Positions 1-10,122 of a stretch of 52,488 nucleotides of DNA are shown in pieces. This stretch comes from an uncultured Cytophagia bacterium. Lineage in GTDB: Bacteria > Zhuqueibacterota > Zhuqueibacteria > Thermofontimicrobiales > Thermofontimicrobiaceae. The notes beneath the pieces are model-generated. The model made no database searches and was not told the DNA's origin. It saw only the letters and a program-made list of their open reading frames with translations. Position 1 is the stretch's first letter. Each line of letters opens with the position of its first letter. The DNA lies in assembly GCA_964647995.1 (NCBI GenBank), contig CAZYNP010000032.1, positions 1 through 52,488 on the forward strand, in the 5' to 3' direction. A program made the position numbers and the translations under genes.

Positions 1-493
1 TCATAATTTGCCCTCGGTCGGTGCGATTTCTTTTCTTATTATTTTATCGGCGATGACACCGGGACTCTGGAGCAACCATGCTTCAACAGCGTTAGAGTGG
101 TCGAGAATAACTGGGTTCATTGGTTGTTGACCGCCTCCAACAGCTCCAATCGCTTTTTAACATTGGTTAGTATTTCAATGGTTGCTGCCTATTCAATAAA
201 ATCCATGTCATCAATAAGTTATTTCTGGTTGATGGCGGATGGATTGCGCGAGCTTTTCGGATCTAATTCAATCATCCCATGGATGAAATACCAGGTCTGC
301 GCCGATCATCCGACTGCTGCTAATCGACAGCAAGCCATCCCATAAAAAACGCTTGCTTGTCTCTGGAATATTTGCTATTATTCAGGTAGCAGGAAAGATC
401 GCTCGCGCCTGGCAGGCGTGCTTCGGACAACACAATCAGGGCCTGCCTGGGCATCTTTGCCGGGGACTCGATGGAAAAAGCTGAGAACATGAT

Positions 494-2191
494 ATGTTAA
501 CTGAAAAACAAAAACGCTATCTGATCTACCTATTGGCAGCAAGCCTGCTGGTCATGGTTGCGGTATTTATCACGATGCAAACTCACGAACCCACATTGAC
601 CGAAAGGCTCTCCGATCTTTTGGAACAACAGTTTGACCGGGCGCAATTGAATATGACCGGCTACCTGGCGGGTGAGCTGCTGCATGCCGATACCCTGCTC
701 CACCGTTTCTATCAGCAACGAGAATTTCAGCCGGCCTGGTTCGATGATTATGGACCCCGGGATATTGCCGATAGCCTGGCCCTGGCCTTGCGAGAGGCCG
801 ATCTCGACGGTTTGAATCCGAACGATTATCACTCCCGGGTACTGGATTCGCTCCTTACCAAAGCGAGAACCGATTTGAAAATGCGGTTGCCCGTGCCGCC
901 AACGCATTGGTTCAATATCGAAGTATTATTAACCGATGCCTTTTTGGTTTACAGCAATCACCTGCTGGCCGGCCGTCTGGACCCCGAAACCATTGCGCCC
1001 GAATGGCTCTCGCCACAGCCGGAGCACGATTTGATCGCTTTGCTGAACCAAGCCATTGTTTCCCAACGCATCCAGGGCACGCTAAGAAGCCTTTTGCCGA
1101 ATTTCCCTTGCTATGCAAAGCTACGTAGCGAAATGGCACTTTATAAATCAATTGCCCCCAAAGATCGCAGTACCCGAATACCGCCGGGTGAAAAAATGAA
1201 ACCAGGAGATCGTGGTCAACGGGTGGCTGCGCTGAGTGAGCGACTCATTCTTTATGGTGATTTGACTGAACGGCCAACAACTTTCAAATATGTATACGAT
1301 GACACGCTGGCCATAGCGGTGCGTCGCTTTCAGGAGCGGAGCGGCCTGAAGATCGACGGCGAAGTCGGTGCTGGCACCCTGGCTGCCCTCAATATGTCCG
1401 CGGCAGAGCAAATTCGCAAGATCGCCGTGAATATGGAACGCTGGCGCTGGTTGCCCCAGCAGCTCGGTGACCGTTACCTTCTGGTCAACATTGCGGCTTT
1501 CAATCTGGATGTTGTCGAACATGGCCAGACCATTTTGAGCATGCCTGTGGTCGTGGGCAAAGATTATCGGCAGACGCCGGTTTTTAGTTCCCGCATGACC
1601 TATCTGGTTTTCAATCCGTTCTGGCATGTGCCGCCAACCATTGCTACTGAGGACATCTTGCCGGAAGCCAAAAAGAATCCACAATATTTGGTCAAGCGAA
1701 AAATCGAGGTTCTGCGCAGTTGGAACGACCAGACCGTGCTGGATCCGTTTTCCATCAATTGGGCGGCATATAGCAAAGACAACTTGCCCTTTGTATTTCG
1801 TCAGCCGCCGGGTCGTGATAATGCACTGGGCCGCATCAAATTTATGTTTCCCAATAAATACGATGTCTACATTCACGACACGCCTCAGCGTTCCCACTTT
1901 AGTCTGCCGCAACGGGCGTATAGCTCCGGCTGCATTCGAGTGGAATCACCCCTTGATCTGGCGACGTACGTGTTGAAAGACGACCCCCAATGGACCAGGG
2001 AAGCGATCATTGCCGCACTGGACACCACCAGGGATTTTGTCGTTAAACTGCCCCATCCGATTCAGGTGCATATTTTCTATTGCACCTCCTATGTCGATGA
2101 GCGCGGTTGGTTACATTTTCGGGAGGATATTTATCAACGGGACGCAGTGGTGGCACAGGGATTGCAATCAGCCGGAGTGCTGCTGGAATAA
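494..2191 (+). CDS. L,D-transpeptidase, YcbB/LdtD family (N-terminal TM segment, PG_binding_1 domain, YkuD catalytic domain)
   Basis: 565-aa ORF. The peptidoglycan-binding motif 'AVRRFQERSGLKIDGEVGAGTLAALN' and the YkuD catalytic motif 'HDTPQRSHFSLPQRAYSSGCIRVE' (catalytic Cys) match the YcbB family architecture. A hydrophobic N-terminus is present. Ends TAA at 2191. Confidence 0.85.
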   Translation: MLTEKQKRYLIYLLAASLLVMVAVFITMQTHEPTLTERLSDLLEQQFDRAQLNMTGYLAGELLHADTLLHRFYQQREFQPAWFDDYGPRDIADSLALALREADLDGLNPNDYHSRVLDSLLTKARTDLKMRLPVPPTHWFNIEVLLTDAFLVYSNHLLAGRLDPETIAPEWLSPQPEHDLIALLNQAIVSQRIQGTLRSLLPNFPCYAKLRSEMALYKSIAPKDRSTRIPPGEKMKPGDRGQRVAALSERLILYGDLTERPTTFKYVYDDTLAIAVRRFQERSGLKIDGEVGAGTLAALNMSAAEQIRKIAVNMERWRWLPQQLGDRYLLVNIAAFNLDVVEHGQTILSMPVVVGKDYRQTPVFSSRMTYLVFNPFWHVPPTIATEDILPEAKKNPQYLVKRKIEVLRSWNDQTVLDPFSINWAAYSKDNLPFVFRQPPGRDNALGRIKFMFPNKYDVYIHDTPQRSHFSLPQRAYSSGCIRVESPLDLATYVLKDDPQWTREAIIAALDTTRDFVVKLPHPIQVHIFYCTSYVDERGWLHFREDIYQRDAVVAQGLQSAGVLLE

Positions 2192-2196
2192 TCTTG

Positions 2197-3195
2197 ATGA
2201 TGGGAATTACCGTTATGATTCGTTCGATTCGACATTCGGGGCAATTGATTGGTAGTGTTGCCTGGAGTTGGTTATTGGTGGCGATGGTTCAATTTTCCAC
2301 CTTCGCAACGGAAAAAATCAATCCCAACAAAACGAGCTTCGCCATTAAATTTAAAAATGAGACGTCCTTTTATCGGATCATGACCGTTTTTCTTCTTCCC
2401 AATGAAAGGATAGAACTGCAAACGTGGACCAATAATCTACCGCATCAGTTTCATTTCATGCCCGGTCAGGGCAAACTTAGCTCCGAAAAACACAGCCAGT
2501 GGCTCTGGGAAGCGCCGACGATGCCGGGGATCTACCCCATTTCAATCGTCGATCCCGCAGCTCAGGACACCATGCGGCTGAACATGGTAGTGCTGATTCC
2601 ATTTGATCAATTGAAACAGGGCCAGCTCAACGGCTGTTACATTGGCGACTACCCTGAAATTCCTGCCAAATATGCCGACAAATACGAGCCGCCGGCGGGG
2701 TTTGTGGAAATCACCGAGCAAAACCAGAACATCTGGCTCACCCCCCATTTCCAATTGAAGCAATTTATCTGCAAGCAGAGCGGTAGCTTCCCCAAGTACA
2801 CCGTTTTGCAAGAGCGATTGCTATTGAAATTGGAACTGATTCTCGAGACACTCAATCTCAGGGGCCTCCGATGCCAGACTCTGGCCATCATGAGCGGCTA
2901 TCGAACGCCGTATTACAATAAAGCTATTGGCAATGTTCCTTTCAGTCGCCACATTTTCGGTGCGGCTGCCGATTTCTATATCGATGAAGCACCGCAGGAT
3001 GGCCAGATGGATGATCTGAACCACGATGGAAAAATTGATATTGAAGATGCGCGCGTGATTTTTAATCATATCGAATGGCTGAGTCAGCAACCATTTTATC
3101 AGCCGTTTGAAGGAGGCCTGGCAGTCTATAAAAAAACCGCGTCGCATGGACCGTTTGTGCATGTGGATGTGCGAGGATTTCGGGCGAGATGGTGA
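2197..3195 (+). CDS. DUF882 / peptidase M15A-family protein (MepK/YcbK-like murein L,D-endopeptidase) with N-terminal membrane segment
   Basis: In-frame ATG at 2197 (and 2200), 6 nt after the upstream stop. The reported ORF 2107.. starts inside the previous gene. The DUF882 signature 'YRTPYYNKAIGNVPFSRHIFGAAADFYID' and the C-terminal 'HVDVRG' are present. Same ycbB-ycbK synteny as E. coli. Confidence 0.75.
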   Translation: MMGITVMIRSIRHSGQLIGSVAWSWLLVAMVQFSTFATEKINPNKTSFAIKFKNETSFYRIMTVFLLPNERIELQTWTNNLPHQFHFMPGQGKLSSEKHSQWLWEAPTMPGIYPISIVDPAAQDTMRLNMVVLIPFDQLKQGQLNGCYIGDYPEIPAKYADKYEPPAGFVEITEQNQNIWLTPHFQLKQFICKQSGSFPKYTVLQERLLLKLELILETLNLRGLRCQTLAIMSGYRTPYYNKAIGNVPFSRHIFGAAADFYIDEAPQDGQMDDLNHDGKIDIEDARVIFNHIEWLSQQPFYQPFEGGLAVYKKTASHGPFVHVDVRGFRARW

Positions 3196-3296
3196 CTATT
3201 ACTTTCAACTATCTACCAACCTGACCCATAAAAGGGGCGTTTTTCCTGGCGAGGCTGGTGAACCAGGAATCAAACGACCGCGAATTCAATGCGGCC

Positions 3297-3686
3297 TCAG
3301 TGGGCGGCCAATTTTCGAATCAATTCAAAAGCGGTTTTTGGATTGGATTCCTTTTCCAGCAGATCTTCGGTACGACACTGAATGCGGTCGACCAGTTGGT
3401 CATAATCATAACGAATCTGAAATTCTTCGAACACGGCTCTGGCCAGACGGCTCAACATACTGGCATGAACATTTTTTATTCCCAAATACACCTGAATCAA
3501 TGCCGCAGCTTTGCCGACAATTTTATCTTTTACAAACAGCCGTTCTGAATCGTAATGTTGCACCACCAAAAAATCATGCAGCTCCAGCAATGGCTGCAGC
3601 CATTTGCCATCGCTAAAAAAAATGAGCTGATCGTCCCGATAAACTTCTAATGAATGATTCATGGAAAATCCTACGTTGCTATTCAT
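3297..3686 (-). CDS. small conserved hypothetical protein (about 120-129 aa)
   Basis: 129-aa ORF with no recognisable motif. The internal Met at 3662 has a better AGGA spacing than the first ATG at 3686. Confidence 0.4.
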   Translation of the reverse strand: MNSNVGFSMNHSLEVYRDDQLIFFSDGKWLQPLLELHDFLVVQHYDSERLFVKDKIVGKAAALIQVYLGIKNVHASMLSRLARAVFEEFQIRYDYDQLVDRIQCRTEDLLEKESNPKTAFELIRKLAAH

Positions 3687-3749
3687 TTGAGATCATACCA
3701 CAATAGCCAGCCACTCGTTCACTTTTCCCCCCGCAACATTCCCACGCAA

Positions 3750-4478
3750 TTATATTGGCAAGGAAAATCCCCGGGCCCGTTGCAACCGCTGCCAGAATGG
3801 CTTATTCAGAAAGCTTTTCTGATCCAGCCGACAAAGTCGCTCGAACATCGGCCGGGTGGCCGTAAACGCGAGGACGTCCGGCGATAGAAACTGTCGCATG
3901 GCGATATCCGTCGCGCCGACTATCGCCTGAGGAATTTTCAAATCTTGAAACAACGGCACCAATTGCATACAGCCCGAGCCGAATGGTATAATCGCTGGCA
4001 GCGGATCGGTTGGCGAGCTTTCATACTGCGCCCCAATCAACAGCAGACTGAGCTGATCCGGATTGACATAAAAAGTGACGCTCTTGAGGTACGGATACTG
4101 CGACCGTTTCAATGGGCCGACAAAAATATGCTCGTGCTCCGGCTGATAGGGCGGCGTGGCATCGATCCATTGGTTCATCAGTTCGGCAGACGCTTTCAAC
4201 CCTTCGTCCTCAACCAAAAAGTTCACAAAATCTTCCCGCGAGCGCGTTTGGACACCAAATAGACAACGGCCAGCACCGCCACAACCGAAGTTTTCTTTGG
4301 TTAATTGCAGCGTTTTTCCTTCCAACCATTGTTTATAAAATGCAAAGATACAAACTCTGTTCCCAGCCTGAGGGGCGACAATCGGTTCAAAGGCTGTGGT
4401 CGCCGGTGCATCATAAAATCCGATCAATGGCGTCCGAAGACCGAGTTTTGCCAGCAATGGTTTGGGGTCTGGTTGCAT
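3750..4478 (-). CDS. DUF169-like uncharacterised protein
   Basis: 242-aa ORF. Length and the 'GCGGAGR' region resemble the DUF169/COG2043 family; this comes from family memory, not a search. Confidence 0.45.
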   Translation of the reverse strand: MQPDPKPLLAKLGLRTPLIGFYDAPATTAFEPIVAPQAGNRVCIFAFYKQWLEGKTLQLTKENFGCGGAGRCLFGVQTRSREDFVNFLVEDEGLKASAELMNQWIDATPPYQPEHEHIFVGPLKRSQYPYLKSVTFYVNPDQLSLLLIGAQYESSPTDPLPAIIPFGSGCMQLVPLFQDLKIPQAIVGATDIAMRQFLSPDVLAFTATRPMFERLCRLDQKSFLNKPFWQRLQRARGFSLPI

Positions 4479-5113
4479 AGAGGTCTCCTATTCACAAATT
4501 TGGTCTCAATCTCTGATGAACATCGATTGCCTGCCGTACCGTACCAACCGGGCACCTTAGCTGCCCTAATTGAATCACTCGCAGAGCAAAACGATTGGCC
4601 TAAACATACAAATTTCCCGGACGAATGTCAATGAAAAAGTTAAGCAGTCTCGGTCAGTTTCATCGCGGCGCGGTGGACGCGGCAGGGCATCACTGCTCAA
4701 AATATTTTTTCGTCAAATTATAAAAATGCAAAATTTTCTATTGACAATCAATTTTTTTTGTTATATTTGTGACATAGCAAAATGAAAATCAATTTTGCTG
4801 AAATCAACGGAAGCAGAAAGACCTCCTGCCTGCCAACCCGTCTGGATACGCCTGCTTCCTGACCCTCGCTATCAGAACCGTATGTTACCTCCCAAAAGAT
4901 ACCGATTAGGGAGATCGTTTTTTAACATTCAACTATTGAGTGCACTTTACAAAGCGTTGCTTCAAGAAATTAGTCTGATTTCGCCGGTTAGAATTTTAAC
5001 CCATCAATTGCTCCAACTTATCGAAATTCATGGTCAAAGGCTTGTTAGCGCGAACTCTTTAATTATTGGTCTCTATTTCTAACATTCCACTTCTATTTCC
5101 AGGAGATCAGGAT

Positions 5114-6043
5114 ATGGATATTATTATCGACTGTTCATGCGGGCATCGTCTGAAAGCTACCACGGAGCAAAGAGGAAAGAAGGCCCGCTGCCCGTGCTGC
5201 AACAAAATAATTACCATTCCATTGGCCTTGGATGACGACATTCCGGTGCTGCAAGAGTGCGGCGATCGACCAAAATTGACCCCGCAGGAGCTGTTTGAAA
5301 AAGTCAAAGAAGCTGTGGTAGGTATCGCCCATCAGAAAGGCTATGGCAGTGGTTTTTTTATTTCAGATGAAGGACTTATCATTACCAACCGACATGTGAT
5401 CTATGGTCAAAATAAGGTCGTCGTTCGATTGTTATCGGGCGAAGAATGTCCTGGAAAAGTGATCTGCTCCTACCCTGAGGATGACCTGGCATTCATCAAG
5501 GTCGAATGCTCGCCGCCGGTTGTTACTCGAATTGCGAACGCCGATCAGATAGTTGTCGGTCAACCGGTCTATGCGATTGGGAATCCGCGGGGACTGGCGC
5601 ATACCCTGACGCAGGGGCTGATTAGCGCAGTGGGTCGCCAGTTTAATAATCGACCCTATATTCAAACTGACGCTCCCATCAATCCCGGCAATAGCGGCGG
5701 GCCTTTATTCAATGAATATGGGGAAGTCGTTGGCGTTAACACCATGGTCATGATCGATGCGCAGGGATTGGGCTTTGCCATTCCGGCGCCTATCATTCAA
5801 GACCGCATTCAAACTGTGCGACAAAACCTATCCAGCCTCCTATTAAAAGAATTCTGCTTTGTCTGCGAAAAAAGCTCGGATACCACAGATTATTGCAGTC
5901 AATGCGGCGCCTATATTGGCTCAGCCTCGACAACCACTGACAGCGTAAAAACCACCAGCCAGAGTACCGTGAAATGCAGTAGCTGCAAAAATGATGTGAC
6001 CACTAATTCACCCTATTGTCCTATCTGCGGCGCTAAACTTTAA
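5114..6043 (+). CDS. trypsin-like (S1/HtrA-type fold) serine protease without signal peptide, flanked by an N-terminal zinc ribbon and a C-terminal double zinc ribbon
   Basis: ATG at 5114 preceded by 'CCAGGAGATCAGG'. The N-terminal 'CSCGHRLK...CPCCNK' is a zinc ribbon. The catalytic triad context is 'TNRHV' (His), 'DDLAFIKV' (Asp) and 'GNSGGPLF' (Ser). The C-terminal 'CFVCEK...CSQCG...CSSCK...CPICG' forms a double zinc ribbon. No hydrophobic leader. Confidence 0.75.
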   Translation: MDIIIDCSCGHRLKATTEQRGKKARCPCCNKIITIPLALDDDIPVLQECGDRPKLTPQELFEKVKEAVVGIAHQKGYGSGFFISDEGLIITNRHVIYGQNKVVVRLLSGEECPGKVICSYPEDDLAFIKVECSPPVVTRIANADQIVVGQPVYAIGNPRGLAHTLTQGLISAVGRQFNNRPYIQTDAPINPGNSGGPLFNEYGEVVGVNTMVMIDAQGLGFAIPAPIIQDRIQTVRQNLSSLLLKEFCFVCEKSSDTTDYCSQCGAYIGSASTTTDSVKTTSQSTVKCSSCKNDVTTNSPYCPICGAKL

Positions 6044-6060
6044 AAATGAAGGAGACACCT

Positions 6061-6534
6061 ATGAGCATTTTCGGAACCAAAGACGTTAAAACACGAACGA
6101 TTCAGGAATGCACCAAATTTGTCGAGGACTTCTTTCGCAAAATCGGTTTAAATCCAGCGGCGCAACAGCTACGGGGTCAGGGGGTACTGGGCTGGTTTGC
6201 GCAACGGGGGTCGGCTTTTATCTATATATTCTTGAGTGAATTTAAGGATTTGAGCACGATCCGATTGGTATCGCCCATACTGTTCCTGCCAAAAGAAAAC
6301 CTGCTGCCTTTTTATCGGCGTTTATTGGAAATCAATATCAGTTTGCTAAATTGTGCGCTGGCAATTGACAAGGACGTGGTAGTGCTGGTAAGCGAGCGCT
6401 CATTGGTGGGCCTCGATCCCGAAGAGCTGGATCAAAATCTCAATACCTTCGCCGCGTATGCCGATCTCCTGGATAACGAATTGGCCAATCAATTCGGCGC
6501 CAAGATTTATTCGGAACGACAAATTGCCTTTTAG
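6061..6534 (+). CDS. YbjN-domain protein (putative bacterial sensory-transduction regulator / T3SS-chaperone-like fold)
   Basis: ATG at 6061 follows 'AAGGAGACACCT'. The ~158-aa product has the YbjN-like pattern (N-terminal basic region, central hydrophobic beta-rich core, acidic C-terminus). Ends TAG at 6534. Confidence 0.5.
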   Translation: MSIFGTKDVKTRTIQECTKFVEDFFRKIGLNPAAQQLRGQGVLGWFAQRGSAFIYIFLSEFKDLSTIRLVSPILFLPKENLLPFYRRLLEINISLLNCALAIDKDVVVLVSERSLVGLDPEELDQNLNTFAAYADLLDNELANQFGAKIYSERQIAF

Positions 6535-6568
6535 GGATCAACGCCAGGATTCAGCGCCAATTCCCAAG

Positions 6569-6616
6569 AAGAATTCATGTCGGAATGAAACGATTTGATT
6601 TCCGACATGAATTCTT
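6569..6616. terminator. perfect 17-bp inverted repeat (AAGAATTCATGTCGGAA / TTCCGACATGAATTCTT) with 14-nt loop between convergent genes; putative bidirectional terminator
   Basis: Arms 6569-6585 and 6600-6616 are exact reverse complements. It sits between the stop of the 6061..6534 gene and the stop of the 6632..7081 (minus) gene. There is no strong U-tract, so the terminator role is uncertain. Confidence 0.4.
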
Positions 6617-6631
6617 AATGATCACATTCGC

Positions 6632-7081
6632 TCAATCTTCTGTTTCCAATTTATTAAAAATCCGCTGCAGCATCTGCTTTTCCTCGCCAGTAATCTTCTC
6701 TCCTAACAGCGGCCCCGAGGCATCAGCCACCGCCACGCACAGTTGATAGATGCGTTCGCGAATAGCCTGAGCCCGCTCCGGGCTTACGGTGGCCAGACGC
6801 GCGTTGATCGCGGTGGCCAATAAATCGAGATCACTGGGCAGGGTCTTGTGTTCAAATTTTGTGACCATTTGCTCCAAAAAGAGATTAAAATCCTCACTGT
6901 TCTCTTCCTGCGCGGTCACCAGGCCCAGCTTCACCGAATTATAGCCGATGGACATCACCTCTTTCATTTGAATTTTGCCATCGGCCTTGGCCACAAAAAA
7001 TGCTGGCAACAGAAATAAAAAATTGGGACGATGCGGCGGCACCCCAAAAGTCGTCATGGCTTTTTGTACGATTGCTTCCAT
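6632..7081 (-). CDS. TerB-like (tellurite-resistance TerB / DjlA-N-like) domain protein
   Basis: 149-aa all-helical ORF with a GGGAGGG ribosome-binding site upstream of ATG 7081. The hydrophobic and acidic pattern is typical of TerB-fold proteins; the assignment is by resemblance only. Confidence 0.4.
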   Translation of the reverse strand: MEAIVQKAMTTFGVPPHRPNFLFLLPAFFVAKADGKIQMKEVMSIGYNSVKLGLVTAQEENSEDFNLFLEQMVTKFEHKTLPSDLDLLATAINARLATVSPERAQAIRERIYQLCVAVADASGPLLGEKITGEEKQMLQRIFNKLETED

Positions 7082-7214
7082 CGATACGCCCTCCCTCTGA
7101 AATTTTTCACCAATATCCAGTCAGCATACGAGATTTTGTCGCTCAAAAGAACCACAACACATTCCGGGCACGAGCGGTCGCGGAATCCATCCAGGTCCCC
7201 ATTCCCTTGAGCGA

Positions 7215-8852
7215 TTAATGACTGCCGGTTTCTCCAGGCAGTTTTTTCATCTTCAATTGATCGCCGGTGTCTCTGGCAATGATGCGATACCACGATGCTG
7301 GATAGCCCGGATGCTTGACATTGCCCAACTCATCCTTGACATTGCCATCCATGAATTTATAAAGCAGGAATTCACCTAATTTTTTCCAACGAGCCACTGT
7401 TGCGTTGCCAGTCTCAACCGAATAGTTCGTGAGATAATCCGTAGCCAGCCGCGGAGCAGTATTATACAACGCCAGCGCGGCTTTATCGATTTCGGGCTGA
7501 TCCGCTAAAAATCTTCCTTCCAGCTCTCGCTGCACTTTTTGAACCTCTTTAATCATATCGCAGTAACGCAGATAGCTAAAATTGGCCACAAAATTGAACA
7601 CCCAGAACGCCGATTCCCAGGTGAATTCATGGAACGAACCAGTGCCAACGGCATAGCTATGAGGGACTTTGGTGATGCCACAATACATGGGAACATAAAC
7701 GGTACTGTAGGTGTCATCCACACCAAACCAGAGGACGCCGCCGATTGGATCGGGCAGCCAGGATCGTGCCTGGGCGACAAATGAAAAGCCGGTCTGCTGC
7801 GTCGAGGTGGCCCGCTCGTTGAGATACTGAACGGTATCCACTTTCCAGGTCAGTGGTCGCCAGCGGTAGGGCAATTGAAATGGGCCGGCGCCAACATCCT
7901 TGGTCATGTCGAATTCAGTGCCCTCCAGATGATCGCGCATCAGTTCCATCACATCATGAACCGATAGCTTTTGGTCCGGCTTGATCCATAGCGGCAGCGG
8001 CTCAGCACCGGGCACGGCCTTGATATAATCCGAGGATAGATTGAGCGATGGTGCCGCTCGACGGTACATCGCCCATACGCGAATATCGCAAAACCGGATG
8101 GCACCATAGTCCAGCGGGGCATAGACATCGGCAAAACTGAAATCTTTGTCGGCGCCATTGAAATAGCCCTTCTCACGGGCGGAGGAAATCACATCTTTGG
8201 CATAAAGGCAGTTCTCTTTATCATTCAAAGGGAACTGTCGCACCCGCGGGTGATTGGCATGACCGCAGATGTAACCATCAGGGACTTTGCGAGCCACCCA
8301 AACCGCACCCTTATTGTTCGGTCCTTTGCCGATCATTTCCATGATCCAGACTTCATTGGGATCGGCGATGGAAAACGTTTCCCCGGAGCTATAATAGCCG
8401 TATTCTGCCACCAGGTCGGTCATCACCTGAATGGCTTCCCGAGCCGTGCGGCCGCGCTGCAAGGCAATGTACATCAAACTGCCATAATCCATGACTGCCT
8501 GGGGATCTTTTAACTCCTCCCGGCCGCCCCAGGTCGTCTCGCCGATGGAGACCTGATGCTCATTCATGTTACCGACGACGGCGTAGGTGTGAGCGACCTG
8601 TTTGATCTGGCCCAAAAACTTGCCGCTATCCCATTCATAGATATCCAACATTTCGCCCGGCTGATGATCGGCCGCAGCCGTATAGTACAGTTCACCGTAA
8701 AGCACATGCGAATCCGCAGCATAGGTGATCATCGTAGAACCGTCTTTGGATGCACCCCTGGTAATGAGGAAATTGGTACATGCGGATAAGTAACTCGTAG
8801 TCAAAAATAACGCCAAATAACCGGTCAGGAAGAACAAGAAAATTTTTCTCAT
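7215..8852 (-). CDS. peptidase family C69 dipeptidase (Ntn-hydrolase), secreted
   Basis: 545 aa. A signal peptide is followed by 'LSACTNFLITRGASKDGSTMITYAADSH', the N-terminal nucleophile Cys signature of C69 dipeptidases. Length is typical for the family. Confidence 0.85.
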   Translation of the reverse strand: MRKIFLFFLTGYLALFLTTSYLSACTNFLITRGASKDGSTMITYAADSHVLYGELYYTAAADHQPGEMLDIYEWDSGKFLGQIKQVAHTYAVVGNMNEHQVSIGETTWGGREELKDPQAVMDYGSLMYIALQRGRTAREAIQVMTDLVAEYGYYSSGETFSIADPNEVWIMEMIGKGPNNKGAVWVARKVPDGYICGHANHPRVRQFPLNDKENCLYAKDVISSAREKGYFNGADKDFSFADVYAPLDYGAIRFCDIRVWAMYRRAAPSLNLSSDYIKAVPGAEPLPLWIKPDQKLSVHDVMELMRDHLEGTEFDMTKDVGAGPFQLPYRWRPLTWKVDTVQYLNERATSTQQTGFSFVAQARSWLPDPIGGVLWFGVDDTYSTVYVPMYCGITKVPHSYAVGTGSFHEFTWESAFWVFNFVANFSYLRYCDMIKEVQKVQRELEGRFLADQPEIDKAALALYNTAPRLATDYLTNYSVETGNATVARWKKLGEFLLYKFMDGNVKDELGNVKHPGYPASWYRIIARDTGDQLKMKKLPGETGSH

Positions 8853-8943
8853 AAGCCGATTGAGCCTCCATTGTTGAAAAATGATGTTGGTTAATAAGAG
8901 TTGTATGATTCAACGGTTCGAGGGATAATGAGTTCCTTCGATT

Positions 8944-10092
8944 TCACTCTGAGAGCTGCCCGGAGCTTCCAGCCGTCCGTTTCAAAATTATTAACGATAA
9001 GTCATCAAAGCGTCGCGCCCGGGCTATGAAACCTTCTACTTCGGCCAGGAGTCGTTGCCCCAGTTCCAGCGGCGACAGATCCGGCGCCAGTTGCAAAAAC
9101 TGCAGCAGGCGTTGCTCGCCATAAAATTCTCCGGCCTCATTGCGCGCTTCAGTCAGACCATCGGAATAAATCAATAGGATGTCACCCGGCTGCAACGCAA
9201 TTCGCTGTTCATGGAACAGCGAATTTGGCTGAAGCCCCAGCGCAGGCGAACCCTGGGGCATAATTTCCATTTTGCTGGCGCTAAGGATAATCGGTGGCAA
9301 ATGGCCGGCATTCAGCAAGCGCACCCGATCCGAATTGGATTCCAGCTCCAGATACACCAGCGAGGCGAATCGATTGGGGAGGCCATCACGACAAAGGATC
9401 TCATTAACCTGTGTGGCCAACTCGGCCAGCGAACGGAAATTAGGCGCTACCGCCCGCAGGGTTGCTTGCAATTTCGACATGAGTAGGGCTGCGCCCAGAC
9501 CCTTGCCTGCAACGTCGGCGAGTGCCAGGTGCAGCCGATGTTCGTTGAGCCGCAGATAATCCACCAGATCGCCCCCAACTTCATTGGCCGGCTGGGTATA
9601 GAGCCAGATATCCCAACCGGCGATCTGGGGACTGGTTGCGGGAATGAATGCCCGCTGTACCGCTCGCCCCAGCTCCAGCTCGTCCTGAGCCAGAAGTTTA
9701 TCCTTCAGTTCCAGCATCAAGACCAACAACACCACCAAAAAACCGAAATGGCTAAAGTTGCTCGAGAATCGGAGGTCGGGCGTGATGGTAATATCGCTGT
9801 TGCCCAACAGAAACAGGGCGAGTGCAGCAACCAATAGCAGCCGCCGCATCGGATTGAGCTTTAGAATCAAGTTTTTGACCAGCCAGATCGCCACATAAAT
9901 GCCCTGACGGATGCGGCCCATGTGCGATAGTCGCCGTTTGGTCTCCTGGTCCAAATAAAAGTGATAGATCTCTTTCAGATCCTGCCAGAGCGTGCCGGGG
10001 ATTCCGCCCTGGCGCAAATCTTCCAGCAGTACCTGACGGATTTTTGGGGATCGCGACGCGGTTGATCCCCGCGATTTTTGATTTGATTTCAT
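8944..10092 (-). CDS. membrane-anchored PP2C-type (SpoIIE/RsbU-like) serine/threonine phosphatase
   Basis: Two hydrophobic segments are followed by a PPM domain with 'GGDLVDYL', 'ALADVAGKGLGAALLMS' and 'LLNAGHLPP'. Confidence 0.8.
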   Translation of the reverse strand: MKSNQKSRGSTASRSPKIRQVLLEDLRQGGIPGTLWQDLKEIYHFYLDQETKRRLSHMGRIRQGIYVAIWLVKNLILKLNPMRRLLLVAALALFLLGNSDITITPDLRFSSNFSHFGFLVVLLVLMLELKDKLLAQDELELGRAVQRAFIPATSPQIAGWDIWLYTQPANEVGGDLVDYLRLNEHRLHLALADVAGKGLGAALLMSKLQATLRAVAPNFRSLAELATQVNEILCRDGLPNRFASLVYLELESNSDRVRLLNAGHLPPIILSASKMEIMPQGSPALGLQPNSLFHEQRIALQPGDILLIYSDGLTEARNEAGEFYGEQRLLQFLQLAPDLSPLELGQRLLAEVEGFIARARRFDDLSLIILKRTAGSSGQLSE

Positions 10093-10122
10093 GATCGCTC
10101 GGTTTCCAAAGCCATGGCCTGG

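Noticed and set aside
97-345. 82-aa ORF at the window start
   Set aside because: No recognisable motif and no clear ribosome-binding site. The composition is not protein-like (Ser/Asn-rich, low complexity). It is probably non-coding leader DNA for the transpeptidase gene.
530-1976. Multiple antisense or overlapping ORFs (530..907-, 1148..1912-, 1626..1976+ and others) inside the L,D-transpeptidase gene
   Set aside because: They are fully embedded in a gene with strong domain support and have no motifs or ribosome-binding sites. They are typical spurious ORFs in GC-moderate DNA. The same applies to overlapping ORFs inside the molybdoenzyme genes (for example 15832..16995+, 14344..14868-), the S8 gene and the transporter gene.
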